This document shows, piece by piece, positions 48,411 through 63,134 of a DNA stretch of 64,000 nt. Source of the DNA: Octopus sinensis (Eukaryota). Position numbers and translations under genes: made by a program. The notes beneath the pieces are model-generated. The model was not told the DNA's origin and did no database searches. It saw only the letters and a program-made list of their open reading frames with translations. The first letter of the stretch is position 1. Every line of letters starts with the position of its first letter. Location: positions 106,826,001 through 106,890,000 of the forward strand of contig NC_042997.1 of assembly GCF_006345805.1 (NCBI RefSeq), given 5' to 3'.

Positions 48411-51005
48411 ATACCAGTGTAGCATTATAGCTTTCCATAAGTTTGAATCTGTAGGATGTACCTTCCATAACAGGGTTCCATAAGGCATGAAATTATTCCA
48501 AGAGAAATGACATTTGCCTGCTTGGAAAGTGTATTGTGGAATTTAAACCTCTGAAAAATAAAAAAAAACCTCATACATTGCAAAGTAGAAGATCACATTC
48601 AAGCAATTTTTCATCATCCTCTTTAGATCTTATCTTTCTTTATTACTCATGTTCTACTGACAATATCCTGTTTCTAACATGTGTATTATATAATTTAATT
48701 TTGTACAAATGTCTCTGTTTAATAAATCCTTTAGCAGCAAGCAAACATCTCCCAGTTCCTCCTTTCTCCCAACAACACTGGTGCTCATTATATCATTATA
48801 TTGATGGAGCTCATCATTATTAAATATATTTTACTTGTACAGCCAGTTTCACTGTCATAATTCAACAAGTTAAAATAAGGATCCATTGTTAATTTACTCA
48901 ACACTTCACATTTCTTTAGCTTTTTTATTAGTCACACACACACACAACCAACATAATATGGATTTTCTGACTTTCCCCCTACTACTAACAATAGTAATTA
49001 TCTTTTACTTGTTTTAGTCATTGATATGTGGCCATGCTGGGGCATTGTCATGAAGGGTTTTAGTCAAACAAATTAACTTCAATACTTCTTTTAAGCTTGG
49101 TACTTATTCTATTAGTCTCTTATGCTGAACTACTAAGTCACAGGGACATAAACAAACCAGCACTGATTATCAAGAGTAACAGAGTATATGTATGTGTGTG
49201 TGTGCCTTTGTGTTTGTCCCCCTCCACCTCTTGACATAGTGTTGGTTCATTTATGTCCTCCATAACTTAGCAGTTCATTGAAGGAGACCAATAGAATAAG
49301 TAACCAGGCTTTAAAACAATAAGTACAGATGGTAGTGGTGAGGGATTTGTTTGACTAAATCCTTCAAGGCAGTACACCAGCATGGCCACCGTCCACTGAC
49401 TGAAAAACATAAACAATGACAGAAAAGATATTTTTCAGTGCTTCCCATTATTTATTTATTTATCTTAATGTCTGATTATATTTTATTTCATAAACTTGAC
49501 CTCTTCTGAAACGTTAGGAATTCTCCCGTTCATCATTATTACTCATTTTCTAACATTGTAGAATGTGTGTGTTGATGGAAACAGCGCTCTTAAATTTTTA
49601 GAGTGGCAAAAGAAATCGGATGTTAACTATCCAAACTAATGTGGAATTTCCTCTGTACATGCATCATCTTCAGGAAGTGATTACCAAGTTATAAATCTTT
49701 TCTTTCTACAGAATAATAATGTCAAGAAGAAATATTAGAATATATTTGGATAACACCACACACACACACATATGCACAACACTTCCTCCCCCTGTCTCTC
49801 TCAATACTCATAATTTGTTTGCTTTCCATGTGGTTTGAGTCTGTAACAAATGAAGTCCTGTAAAGTTATATTTGAGTCTAGACCTCTTGAATAATTCATC
49901 TTCTTTTACTTTTACCTTATATCTTTGGATTGTTTCAGTCATTCAACTGCAGTTGTGCCGGGGCATAGCCTTGGAGGTTTTCAGTTGAACAAATCAAACC
50001 CAGTAATTTTTTTTAAGCCTGATACTTATTCTATCTTACACTGAATTGTTAAGTTACAGGGACATAAACAAACCAACATTGGTTGTCAAGGAGTAATGGG
50101 TGACAAACACAAAGACACACATTAGGCTTCTTTCAATTTCCATCTTCCAAATCCACTCACAAGGCTTTAGTTGGCCTGGGGTTATAATAAAAGTCACTTG
50201 CCCAAGATGGCAATGGGATTGAACCTGGAACCATGTGGTTGGAAAACAAACTTCTTACCACACAGCCATGCCTATTTCATATATAAAAATTTGAAATCAA
50301 TATTCCACACTCTCATTATTTGTATACAATCCTTTTTTATTTTTATTTTTTATCCTATGAAAAGACAAAAAACATTACATGAAACCAACCATACAAGGGA
50401 TGTTTACAGAGTATCTTTGGAATAGTTAGGCTTGAAAAATTTCTAAATAAACATTTACTCGGGATATTTCAATATTGAGATTTGTATCCTTTATCAAACA
50501 CTGTAGTCTTTCATGGTTTTGGTTTTAAGCCAGCTATGTAAATACTTAATCTGTGTACAAATTTACTCGAAGCCTTTCTACGATATAGTCATTTATGTGC
50601 TGTCATGGTACCAGCTATATTGATATTTTAATATCATTACACATTATTTTATCTTATTTTGCTTCCCAACCACATGGTTTCAAGTTCAGTCCCATTGTGT
50701 GGAACCTTGGGCAAGTGTCTTCTCCTATAGCCTCAGGTTGACCAAAGCCTTGTGAATGGATTTGGTAGATGTAAATTGAAAGAAGCCTGTTTTGTGTGCA
50801 TGTGTGTGTGTGTATATATATATATATACAGTGCTGGTGCCATGTAATAGGCACCCACTACACTCTTGGAGTGGTCAGCATTAGAAAGGGCATCAAGCTG
50901 TAGCAACCAAGCCAAATTAGACTGGAACCTAGTACAGCTCTCAGGCCCATCAGTTCTAGTCAAACCGTGTAACCCATGCGAGCATGGAAAATGGGCACTA
51001 AACGA

Positions 51006-51050
<45 letters not shown>

Positions 51051-51074
51051 ATATATATATATGCATACATTTTT

Positions 51075-51108
<34 letters not shown>

Positions 51109-52160
51109 GGATATATCTATGTGTGTGTGTCTGTGTTTATCCCCCATCACCACTTGATCAGTGTTGGTTTGTTTACGTTCCTTAACTTACCAGGTTGGCA
51201 TAAGTGATTGATAGAAAAAGTTTAAGGCTTTAAAAAAATAAGTCCCAAGGTGTCGCTTCATTCAACCAAAATCCAAAGTAGTGCTCCAACATTTCTGCAG
51301 TCCAATGACTGAAATGAATTAAAGATTAAAAACAAAAAAGGTAAAAGTGTTAAAGGCAAACCTGGATAGAACAGGTTTTCAGTAACTAAATTTTATTTAT
51401 TCTTTACTTAACCATATTATTTATTTATCACTTTATTATTTAATCAATGTGAAGGAACATGATTGTTAGTAGTGGTTGAGCAGGTTTTCTTTTCTCTTTA
51501 CTTTTTTACGTTCCTGCCTCTCCCTCTATCCTCTTTCTTTATATGGGACATGGATACTGTAGCTTTATTTTAGCCCCTGCCTGACTAGATTTTTTTCCAT
51601 TCAGATTTGTTTATTTTATATTCTATTCTTGTTCTTTGGTGAATTAAATTAATAAATACTGTAGCTAAAGGAAACAAAATTAAAATAAAATGTCAGTTTG
51701 TTCCTTGTGGTTCTCTTACTGTTTTTATTATTCTCTTATTTTGACAGTGTATAATTTCACTTGGAAGCAAACACTTAAAGATAAATATTATTTCATACCC
51801 ACTAAATTTAATATCTATTTTTCATGTGTAGATACCAAAACTTAGTAAAATGATTGCTAAGGTTTGGTTATAAGTGTTAACCCTTCTCATGTAAAAATTA
51901 TATAGTATTATACCTACTTAGTAAGTATAATATCAATATATATATATATATATATATAATAAATGCACCCTTTTTAAAGCCTAGCCAGGTTCATGGGCCC
52001 GGTTTCCTGGTTTCTATGGCGTATGTGTTCCCCAGCTGAGTGGACTGAGCAATGTGAAAGGAAGGGTTTTGCTCAAGAACACAATGCATCACCCAGTCCA
52101 GGAATCGAAACCACAATCTTACGATCATGGTGCTGACACCCTAACCACTAAGCCACGCAC

Positions 52161-52229
<69 letters not shown>

Positions 52230-52404
52230 TATATACATAATATGGGTAGCTAATTCACAATTTTACAACCTAAAGACAGAAATATATACATCACTAAAGT
52301 GACAAAGGGCACTAATCAGCACCAGTATTGCTAGAAATAAGAGTCTAAAACAATTCAATAGCCACAGAAACACTATCTTAATCACTGACAGGGAGGCAAG
52401 CTCC

Positions 52405-52620
52405 CTATGGAGCAACAGCCTCAAGACACCTCTGAAACCTGGTACATGCATTCCTCACTGTGTCCTTGGGAAGGTCTTCAAACATTTCCTTGATCTTGGC
52501 CACCAGTTTGGCCTTGGTGTTGCTGGCAGAGTGATTGGTGTCTTTCTCAACCATTCCCCAAGTTGTTCTAGAAAAGGAGAGACATAAAAAAATCATCAAA
52601 TTTATCCTGAACACCCTGTG
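52405..52620 (-). mobile_element. Internally deleted maT/Tc1-like element (TIR joined to transposase C-terminus)
   Basis: 'acagggtgttcaggataaa' end followed by WGMVEKDTNHSASNTKAKLVAKIKEMF...ACTRFQRCLEAV. Confidence 0.55.
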
Positions 52621-53531
52621 TGTGTGTGTATAGATAGATAGATAGATAAATGAATACGTAAATAAATAGACAGACAGACAGACAGATAGGTTATGTACAC
52701 ACATATACACAAATGCATATATATTGTTCTGTTCAATATCTACTTTTCCAAGCTAGCTTAGCTAAGACAGTGGGTAACTGAGGCAGGGTTTTATGGACAG
52801 GGATGCTCTTCATGTTGCCTACCCATTACTATTTTTTTTGTAATTCCAGAGGAATTTGAAAGCACAGAACTAATGGACAATTTACTGATAGGAAATATCA
52901 ACGAGCAAAACCAGTTATAGCCCAGCTACAAATGGTGATGTCCCTATTTGTAGCTAAACTGCAAACAGTGATGTTATTTATCTGTAGCTGTAACTCAGCA
53001 TAGTTTGTAAAGACAGACACACATATTTATATATATATATATGTGCTTATAGGACAGATTTCTTTCAGTTTGCATCTACCAAATTCGCTTCATAAATCAT
53101 TGGTTGACTCATGGCTATTGTAGAAAATACCTGTCCAAAGTGCTGCACAATGGGACTAAATCTGAAGCCATATAGTTGAGAAATAAACTTCTCAGCCACA
53201 CACCTATGCTGAAATAGTGTATATTCATGCAAAATTAATGTAATGGAAATCTGTAAATTTCTGTGTGATGAATGAAGGGCAAAGAACTTAAGTTTCAGAA
53301 AGAATTTATGCTTATAAATTGTAATATCATTCACATTATAACATAAACATTATTTGACTCATGGTATTATTTCTTCTTGTAGACATCAAAAACCAAGTTA
53401 GGATACCTCACTATGTTGGATATATCTTGTCCCATTAGCTAGCAGGGCTATCAAACAGTATCATTGCCCCATCTTAAGTAAAGCAAAATAATAGGACTTC
53501 TGCATATACAACCACTGCATACATAGATTAA

Positions 53532-53752
53532 CCCTTTCGTTACTGTATTTATTTTGAGATGCTCTGTGTTTCTTTCAATTACTTTAAATATAACAAAGAA
53601 TTTGATAAAATAACTTAGTTTTCATTCAGCTAGTGTTAGGAACATAAATTGTGACTAAGGTTTGGTGGAAGATTTTAGTTCAAAACTTATGAAAACAAGA
53701 CATTTGTACTACAGAGCCAGAGCCAGTTTCAGCCAGGCTGGTAACGAAAGGG
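53532..53752. mobile_element. Intact piggyBac-type MITE
   Basis: TTAA|CCCTTTCGTTAC...GTAACGAAAGGG|TTAA; perfect 12-bp TIR and TTAA TSD. Confidence 0.85.
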
Positions 53753-54874
53753 TTAACACTGGCTCCCTTTCACCCATGGAACATCCAAGCAACTACCCAG
53801 TTGCTCATGCCCCACTAGCTGGTACTGAGTGACTGACAAATTATCTTGTCGAGATAAAATAATACAGTTATAATTGCAGAAACAATTTATAATTCAAGAT
53901 GTTCTCTCATGTAGCTGGTGATGCAGTCACTTGGTAAGTGATGATTAAATACATGGTTCATATCATGTTAGTGTGCTTGTTGCTTTATTCTGTCTAAATT
54001 TGTGCTTATGTTTTGTATCAAACAACTCTACATGTAATCTTCAAACCACCAAATTACATACATGCTAACAATGTTGATTAAAAGTGGAATCCCCTGTTAA
54101 CTTTTGTTAAATTTTCTTCACCATGGTTTTCCTCTTTCCTTGCAATGCAGATGCATATTTCTTCCCTTGTGGTGCGTATTCTTTTGTTCTGATGACATGT
54201 AGATGATATTCTTGATCTTGAATAAGTGACTGGTTTAATGAAGTCAATCAATCAATAACAGTGACTGTAGGTAAGCTTATGGAATAGGATAATAATGCTT
54301 TTCTTTCCCTTTACAGTTTCATTAAATCCATATCTCCTTCCTTCTGCACATTCTTTTATTCTGGTTTCAGTCATTGGACTGTGGCACTCCTCGGATACTG
54401 TCTTGAAAGGTTTTTAGTCTCTTTCTAGCCAAACCACTAAGTTTAGAAAATGTAAATAGACTAACACTTGTTCTGAAGAGGTGAGACACAAGCATATAAA
54501 CACACATGCACATACATGCAAACAGACACACAGCCACATGCACACACAGATATACAACACTCTTGCAAAGTTTCCATCTACCAAATTTATTCAGAAAGCA
54601 GAGAATGTTAAAGTGTATAAGAGGAATAAAATAACTGCATACATTACATGATCAATCTAAAACATATGTTTGTAATTGTTTATAGACAGAAAAAGTATTG
54701 GAATTATTCTATTGGTCTAAGTTAGCAGCAGGTGCAGCTGAAAGAAGAAAGATGTTCTTAGCTGAAGGGCAATGTTATGAGAGTGATGACTTGTAGATAA
54801 TGCCCTCAGTCCAGAATAAGTGACTGGTTTAATGACGTCAAGAAATCAATAGCAGTGACTGTAGGTAAGCCTAA

Positions 54875-55083
54875 CCCTTTAGCATCAGATTACTCTGTCA
54901 AATGTAATGCTTATTTATTCACATTGTTTTGAATTAATCATGCATTGTCTTGTTGCTTTGAGATTTCAATGTAGTGATTGCTTATTTTTAGAATGATATC
55001 GTAGGGTAGGTATGACAGGCTGGATATGGCCAGTTTGAATGTAAAATGGGTAGAATATTTTGGCCAGTTTAAATGCTAGAGGG
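54875..55083. mobile_element. piggyBac-type MITE (second family)
   Basis: ctaa|CCCTTTAGCAT...ATGCTAGAGGG|TTAA. Confidence 0.7.
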
Positions 55084-55456
55084 TTAAAGAATTAGTTGGA
55101 GAAATTGGAAGTCTATCAACCTTTTCATTTTAACATATATACATAACACATAACAATATTGTTGTTCTTGGCACAATTCTTTGTTCAAATCCCAATGTTG
55201 ATAAAATAATTACTAGACAAGTACTAGAGCCAATTAAAAATCGACTACATCCCTCTCCATTGATGTATGATCTTGTAACCATTTTAGAAATATCATTATC
55301 ATTCCCATTATTATTAATTGGTCATATCACTGAAGATTGAAACTTTGAATTTACTTGTTCCATATTTTTGAAGTTAGACATTTCAGTATAAAGCTACTTT
55401 TATTGAATAACAGAATATAAATAAGATATTACAAGTGATAAATGATACGTTCATGG

Positions 55457-55532
<76 letters not shown>

Positions 55533-57779
55533 CATTCAAAGACTGTCATATACATAATGATTGAAACAGTATAAATACAAATGCAAAAGATGAGGCTAAT
55601 AGTTTGATCAACAACTCATATACTGTTTTAACATAACAAGACACTATATGTTTAAATTTATCCTCTAATCTTCTCCAAAACCTTCATCAAGTGATGTAAA
55701 CTATTCATATAATCTGCAAATCACTAAACTATAGAAAAATTCTTTATTTATCTATAATTCCATGGAAATTTAAGCACTTAGGCTTTTTTTTTCTTTTCTC
55801 TAGCAATGCAGCTTAAAGTTGGAATCTCTGCTTAATAGTATTAAGTATGTTATTTTTCATGGTTTTTCTTTTTTCTCATGATGCATATTTATTTGAATGC
55901 ATATGGATAGAATGTTTAAGTGTATATTATGGCAGTCATAAAATAAACTGGATACTTTACATTACATGACCAATCTAAAACACATGTTTGTAATTGTTAT
56001 TAGAAAGAAAAGAAGCTTGTTGGAATTATTCCAGTGGTCTCAGTTAAATGAGTAACATTCAGAATATTCTTTTGTTATTCTAAAACATAAATGTTGTTTT
56101 GTAGACAGGATGTCCTTGATAAGGATTGTAACATAGGCACAAAGTCAAAAATTTTGAAGGAGGAAACATTTGAGCAAATCAACTTTATTAATTGAGTAAG
56201 GATGAAAGATAAAGTTGATCTCTATATACACAGTGTACTGTTTAGTGAATAATAAAAATAAGTTTCTTCCCATCAGCTCTGAAGGCTTCAGACAGAAAAT
56301 AGTTTTTCATACAATATTAACTACTTCAAGCAATGCAGACTTTATTTTTTATATAATATTGATGCTTGTCTTTATTTGTAGTTATCTGATGAACAATTGA
56401 TTCCTAATGTTCTGGCTATTGTTAGTTTCACACTTGTCCTCCTCTTTCACATTCTTGAGAATTTTAACCAAAGATATGAGTACTTAACAACTTTTTCAAA
56501 TTCACTTTATACAATATGGTAGTCAGTAAGTACAGCAATGTCTATATTTAAAAATATTCATTTGTTATATGCATTATTATATAAAGTATACTTTTCTTTC
56601 CGTTACAATAACCTCAATATCACACTTTATGTGTTACATTTTGCAGATCGATTTTCATGTTAAATTCGCTGAAAATAGCCCTTTGCTTATTTTTCAGTAT
56701 TTTATTTAATTTTTTTTTACCCCTTATTCAGAGAGAGAAGAGCAGCACCCTTAACCCTTTTGTTTAGAGCAAGGCCTCTGATGCAGGTGGGAAGAAGTTA
56801 CCCACAAACTAGAGACTGCCCAAAGTATTTTCATAAATTTGTCTGAAACATCCATGCTTGTTTTCAGACTTTTAATAGCCCATTTTTCTTTCATACATTC
56901 TGAATAATATAAAGCTTTCCTTTCATAAGTCCCAGTTGAAAAAAAAATTGGGGAATGGGTATCATAAATGATGCATGGATACCAGGGAAATATGTTCAAT
57001 GTATCACATGGTGCACAGGACAGGCAAAGGGTTAATTCAAAGAGTGCAAAGCTTTCATTATCTCTTCCCGTGTCTTCCTCTTCTGCAAGTTTCTTCTATT
57101 TCCTGGCAGCTCTTACTACTAACCACTCCTGTACATCTGTTAAAAGCAAAGTCTTTATTTCACTGTCAGACTGTCTGCAATCCCACAATCCCTCCTGCAC
57201 ACTTATATTTTACACTGGGTATACCATATGGAAAGCCTTTTTAGTGTCTACTCCTTGCAAAAGCACATAACATCAAGTAATGTATTACAGACAATTAACA
57301 TACAAGGCAGTGCCCCAGCATGGCCACAGTCTAATGACTGAAACAAGTAAAAGATAAAAAGTAAAAGATATTGTGCACTAGCACCTTCCAGTGGCAGTGG
57401 AGCCTCTCTTCTTTTCTACTACCCAAAACTTTTGTATTTGATGGTAGCTGTAGAAGATAAAGGGATAAGGAAAAATAAACACATCTGTGAGATGGTGGTT
57501 GTATGTTGATGTGTGAAACTTTGCCAATAAGCCAGATGATTTTTGTGTTCAGATATAGTTGAGAAAGTTTGCATATGTTGTAGAAATGCCCTCTCAGCTA
57601 TGTGGGTAATACAGTAATATGGGTTGCATATGTGCTTTGGAGTAGGCCAGCAACTGAGAGGATTTCAAGTACATTATTCAGGTTAAGCTTGTTGTATGTT
57701 TTCACTTTGTCTATGAAAGATCCCCAGAAATTGTGAAGCTTAACATTTTGTTTTTAAATTTAAATTTAAATTAATTTTT

Positions 57780-58200
57780 TGTTTGTGATTTTAGGTTCTT
57801 TAGTTGTGTTAAGATTAGATATAGTGCAAGATTGTTTTCTTGATATGTATGGTGAGTGTGTCTTTGTAATTTGGTTTCCATGTCATCATTTGAGGATGTT
57901 TACAAGATCTTTGTTCATGGAAGCACAGTATGAAGTGTTAAGGTTGTATCTGGAAAGTTCAAGAAGAGTGAAGAATGGTATCATATTTCAAGGTATCTGT
58001 ATTGTTAGAAGTGACAGTTAAATAGAATTAATGAAGAGTGTTTGGGGCATATCAGACCTCAAGATATAACAGAGTTAATATAATGTAAATCAGAGATAAT
58101 TCCATTGAAACACACTGTAAAGTTCTGATTCAAAGGATAAGAAATAAATAGATCCCATAGGTAGGAAACTAAACTTGGATATTCTTGGACAAGACATGGT
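57780..58200 (-). mobile_element. Possible highly decayed Penelope-like ORF fragment
   Basis: Minus strand RYNLNTSYCASMNKDLVNILK loosely resembles the PLE motif FNRN.LKISYSC..N...II. Confidence 0.2.
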
Positions 58201-58762
58201 GGCATCTGGAATCCTTCTGGGTTACCATTTCAAGGTCACTAGCCAAACTAATAACATTCTCCTCTTTTTCTCAAAGAGTCAACTGTGATTATAAAAGAAA
58301 TGAGATATTTGAAATGAAATGTGTTGCATATGGTTTGTTGGACTTAAAACAGTTTACAATAAAAACGGACACAAATGAATGAAGAATGTAATCAAATATC
58401 AATAGCACAGGCTGTTGTATGAAAAAGATGACTGAATTGAATGAAGTTATACATATATACATACATACATACATATATCATCTTCTGTCTTTTACTTGTT
58501 GTAATTGAGTTGTAGCCATGCTGGGACACCACCTAGAAGGGTTCAGTCAAACAAATCAACCACAGCACTTGTTTTTTCCAAAGCCTGATACTTATCCTAT
58601 CAGTCTTTTGCTGAACCACTAAGTTATAGGAACATGAACCATAAACAAACCAACACCAGTTGTCAAGCTGTGGTAGGGGACCAACACACACATACATATA
58701 TACATACATACAACAAGCTTCTTTCAGTTTCCATCTACCAAATCCACTCATGAGGTTCTGGT

Positions 58763-59048
58763 GTGGAGGCACCTGGCCTAGTGGTTAGAGCAGCAGACTC
58801 ATGGTCGAGGAATCACAGGTTCAAATCTCAGACCAGGCGATGTGTGTGTTTATGAGTGAAACACCTAAGCTCCACGTGGCTCTAGCAGAAGGTAATGGCT
58901 GACTTCTGCTGACTTTTTCGCCACAACTTTCTCTCACTCTTTCCTCTTACAGTTCACCTGCGACGGACCAGCGTCCCGTCCAGGTGGGGAACCTATACGC
59001 CACAGAAACCGGCCCTTATGAGCCAGGCATGGCTCAAGAAGGAACAAA
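58763..59048 (+). mobile_element. SINE family 3 nested inside a minus-strand family 2 SINE
   Basis: 14-bp TSD CATGAGG(T/C)TCTGGT at 58749-58762 and 59049-59062; the host SINE continues on both sides. Confidence 0.8.
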
Positions 59049-61834
59049 CATGAGGCTCTGGTCAACCCAGAGTAGTAGCAGAAGACATTTGTCCAAAGCA
59101 CCCATCATGTGGGACTAAATACAAGACCACATGGTAGGGAAACAAGGTTCTTAACCACACAGCAACCTTCATATATCCACCATCATCATCATGTTTGTTT
59201 TTCTATGCTTGCACAGATTGGTCAGTTATTCTCTAGTAGTGTCTTGTCACTTGTTGCAGTCCTTTGTCATCTCCTTCATGAGATTCACCTTCATCAATTC
59301 CTTGCTATAACACTTTAAGTTACATTTATTTATATTAAACACAAATGTTCATTCTTTATACTTTATGATATTAATATCTTTTAAATCTGCAGTATTAATT
59401 TGAAGATATAAGCTTATATAAGTACCAACAGTACGCTAGGCCATGACCAACTTTAAAACTGTTTTATTCTTAATTTGTTTAGTAAGAAAGTCTTTAAATA
59501 TATCATTTATTCTTCAGTTTTAATAAACTTTTTCTCATTCAAGTCTCAACTACTTTTGAATAATTTTTACATGTGCTTGTTTCTCTCTTATGCCCTTCCC
59601 TTCTTAAGATTAATTCTGATATGTTTTGATTAGTTAAGTCTGTATAAAAATATTTTTAGTCTTCTTTTGATAATTTTAGTATTATAAGCCATTGAAGAGA
59701 ACATGCAGGTGTGATCATGATTTTGATCTAATTCAGTAGTTACGGCTGTGCAATTTTCTTGTGTTAGATTGTTTATATAACTGGAAGTAATCCTGAAATA
59801 GTAATTTGGCAATACATGTTAGGGGAAAATTCATGTAACACACTGTACTGCAAATGGAAACTGAAAGAAGCCCATCGTGTGTGTGTTGTCTTCTTGCCTT
59901 GACATCATGATAGTTGTAAACAAGTGTCACTTTCATGCAGTGTCTTTTGTGACTAATCTTCAGAGAAAATGTTATATTACCTTATTTGGAAACAAATGAT
60001 GGTAAGTGACAGGAAGGGCATCTGGCCATAGATAATTCACATGAAAAAGCAGATTCTAAAATGATGGCGATGATGATGATGACTAGACAGGGTGATAAAA
60101 TTTTCTATACCAGAAATAGAGTATATGTAATTTAATTCAAGTTTTCAGGTCAAAATTCCAAGTTTTAAACGTACACCAGTAAAAATTTGCATAGAATTGA
60201 AAGAGCAGTAGCATAGATTTGATACAATTCTATATAAATTTTCTCTGGAGTTTACCTGAAACTCAGAATACTATCTGATTCTATAATGTGGTAAAAAAAA
60301 TTTCAGCTCTGTTTTCTAGTAATGAGCTTTAGTTCTTTTGTTTCATGACATTTAACTATACACAGATAATGTCAGGCTTCCGCACAGTCTCCAATTACCT
60401 AATTTTAATTATGATGAGCCCAAGGCTATGGGAGAAAACATGGTTCAAGGTTCAATCCTGCAGCATGGTACATTGGCCATGTCAGTGTTTAAAGTTCCTG
60501 TATTACATAACAATCTTGATTAGCACTTTAAATACGATATTTTGCCTTTGATTATGCATCTAAGTAAAAAGTATGGCAAGATTATATCACAAAATCTTAT
60601 GATTATAAGTCTAGCATAATTTCTACTGTTCCACTGGTAATTTATTACATTTTGTCTATTTTTCCTTATACAGCTTCATAACATAACAGCTATATGCATG
60701 TATGTATATTTGCTTTGTTAATCTTTTTTGTCCAATATAATATATTGTAAAAAATTATCTTTCATTCTCCCTCTCCCTCTGTGTGTGTGTGTGTGTGTGT
60801 GTTAAGAAACTAAAAAAGAAAGGTATAAGAGAGACAAGGGACAGCTGGGGTATAGAGCTGAAAATAATTAAATAGAAAGGTGAGTGAGGTAATTTTCCTA
60901 ATTTCCCCAACAGTATCTGCATAAAAAGAAATATGTCAATTGACAATGGAATATGAGATAAGAGAGTGAAAGAGGTGGGGAGTAGATGCTGCAGCTCACT
61001 GGGGGAAGGGCAAAAGAAAGAAAGAGAGAAAGTGTTTTCTTTTTCTCTTTGCTGAAAATATAACTGATTTAAGAAAAATACTGGTGGTGAGGAAAGAAAA
61101 TAGTTTTGGCCCAATATTGACAGAGGTGCATACTGACCTAACAAGTCTTGTGTATTTCTATGTGCAGGTACATAATGTGTAAGGTTGTATGCGTGTGTGT
61201 ATTTATATACATGCGCATGCTCATACATGCATTCAATTTATAGTTTACTCCTGGTTTGCAGCAGGTGTTGTATTCAGTTTCTCTAAAGCTCCTTACCCAA
61301 AGAGAGAGAGAGCATGTGTGCACGTGCACTCTCATGAATGTGTATGTCTGTGCAAGTGTGTATATATGTTTGTGTTAGTGTATGCATGTATGTATGATTT
61401 GTACCTACATATACATGTGAAGACTAACTGAATTTAACAATAGGTGATATATTACCTTTTCTCCACTTAAAATTGGATCTAACACAACATCCACTTTTAA
61501 GTGGGGGATAAGATAAATATTACCTTTCGGTATTAATAATGCTAATGAACTTAACAATATTTCTTAAATTCCTTGAAAACATATTCTAATTTTTAAAATC
61601 CCACAAGAACGCATTGCTGAAGTTTCAGTGTTTCCTCAGATACTTGTTAATCATTTTATGTTTTTCAATGTTTAGGTGAAGAAGCTATCCAATTTAATTT
61701 GGTTTATTATCACTGTATACAAATATTAAATGCAGGTACAACATTGATTTTCTGGAGCCTTTGGTTCCAAAGCGTTTCCAGATTACCAATTTTTTCCAAA
61801 CTAGGGATGGTCACAATTAAACAAATATCGAGTT

Positions 61835-62037
61835 CAAATTTTGGCAGAAGGTCAGCAATTTTGGGAGAGGAGATAAGTAGATTACATCAACCTCAGTTCT
61901 CAACTGATGCTTATTTTATTGATCCTGAAAGAATGAAAGGCAAAGTCAACATCAGCAGAATTTGAACTCAGAACATGAACGCATGCCACTAAGCATTTTG
62001 CCCAGCGTGTTAACAATTCTGACAACTTGCTGCCTTA
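61835..62037 (-). mobile_element. SINE family 1 copy
   Basis: Reverse complement of the family 1 consensus. Confidence 0.7.
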
Positions 62038-63134
62038 AATTAAACAAATATTAAATTTACTTAAATAATCAAATAAAATACAGGCTTGTACAGTAGTATA
62101 AATGATACAAGTTTATTAATACTGTACTGTGCAAGTTACTGTAAAACAGGACCACCCAGTGAACTAGTCTGGCAGCTGCAGGAATTTGAAGTTCTTGCTT
62201 ATAAATTAGTATGAATTATAAGAGGTTCCAGACCATCAGTGTTTGGAAAATTGATGTTGTACCTGTAATACAAGATACTATGGAAATTTTTATAAAATTA
62301 TCATATAAAGCTTGTCTTGGTTAGGTTTTTTTCATTGCTTTTTTAAGCCTTAGGCCAATTCTAATTATTAGCCCTAACCATATCTTGTTTCATAATCAGA
62401 ATAACTAAATTACTGTCTATCTTGCTGTATGTTGTAGCATAAGATGTCATGTGTCTGCATTGTTTTAAAATTGGTTTCATATACATTCCAGTTCTGTATT
62501 ATGCTAGATTGCTTTAAAAGCCAAGGAAGCATCTATCTGTGTTAACAGTACTCAGTCTTTTCAAATTTTTGGTTAATTGCATGGAGGTTAAGTAAAAAAA
62601 ATTACTGAATATTGTTTGTTTTATTACTCTAATTAGTGTAATTACTTAATCCACTTAAATAGTGTAAATTATTCAGCAGAGCTATTCACATGGAAAATTT
62701 GAAAAGTAAACTATGTTTTATAGTTAATATTGAATTGACAATTTTTTTTAAAAGTAAGTTTAAGAATAATGTAGAACACCTACCAGTTGGGGTTCTCTAG
62801 ACTCCTTACTGTGAGTAGAGTCAAATTTAATGTAAAGTTCATGCAGCTTAAGACTGTTAGCTTTGCTTGATGGCTCATTTTACCAGATCAATAGAAAAAG
62901 TCATCAGGCAAAACTTAGTCATTAACATGAATGTTTTAAAATTTAGTGAAAAATGGTTGAGAAGCAGACTTTCCAACCATTTGATTCTGAGTTCATTCCC
63001 ACTACATGGTACCTTGGTTAAGTGTCTTTTACAATAGACCCCGGCCAATCAAAGCCAATTGGATTTGTAGACAGAAACAACAATGGGACTGAACTTGATA
63101 CCATGTACATAGTAAGCAATATTCTTTATCACAT

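Noticed and set aside
54190-54276. C/D-box snoRNA pair (TGATGA motifs in the duplicated blocks)
   Set aside because: No terminal CTGA D box or closing stem was found.
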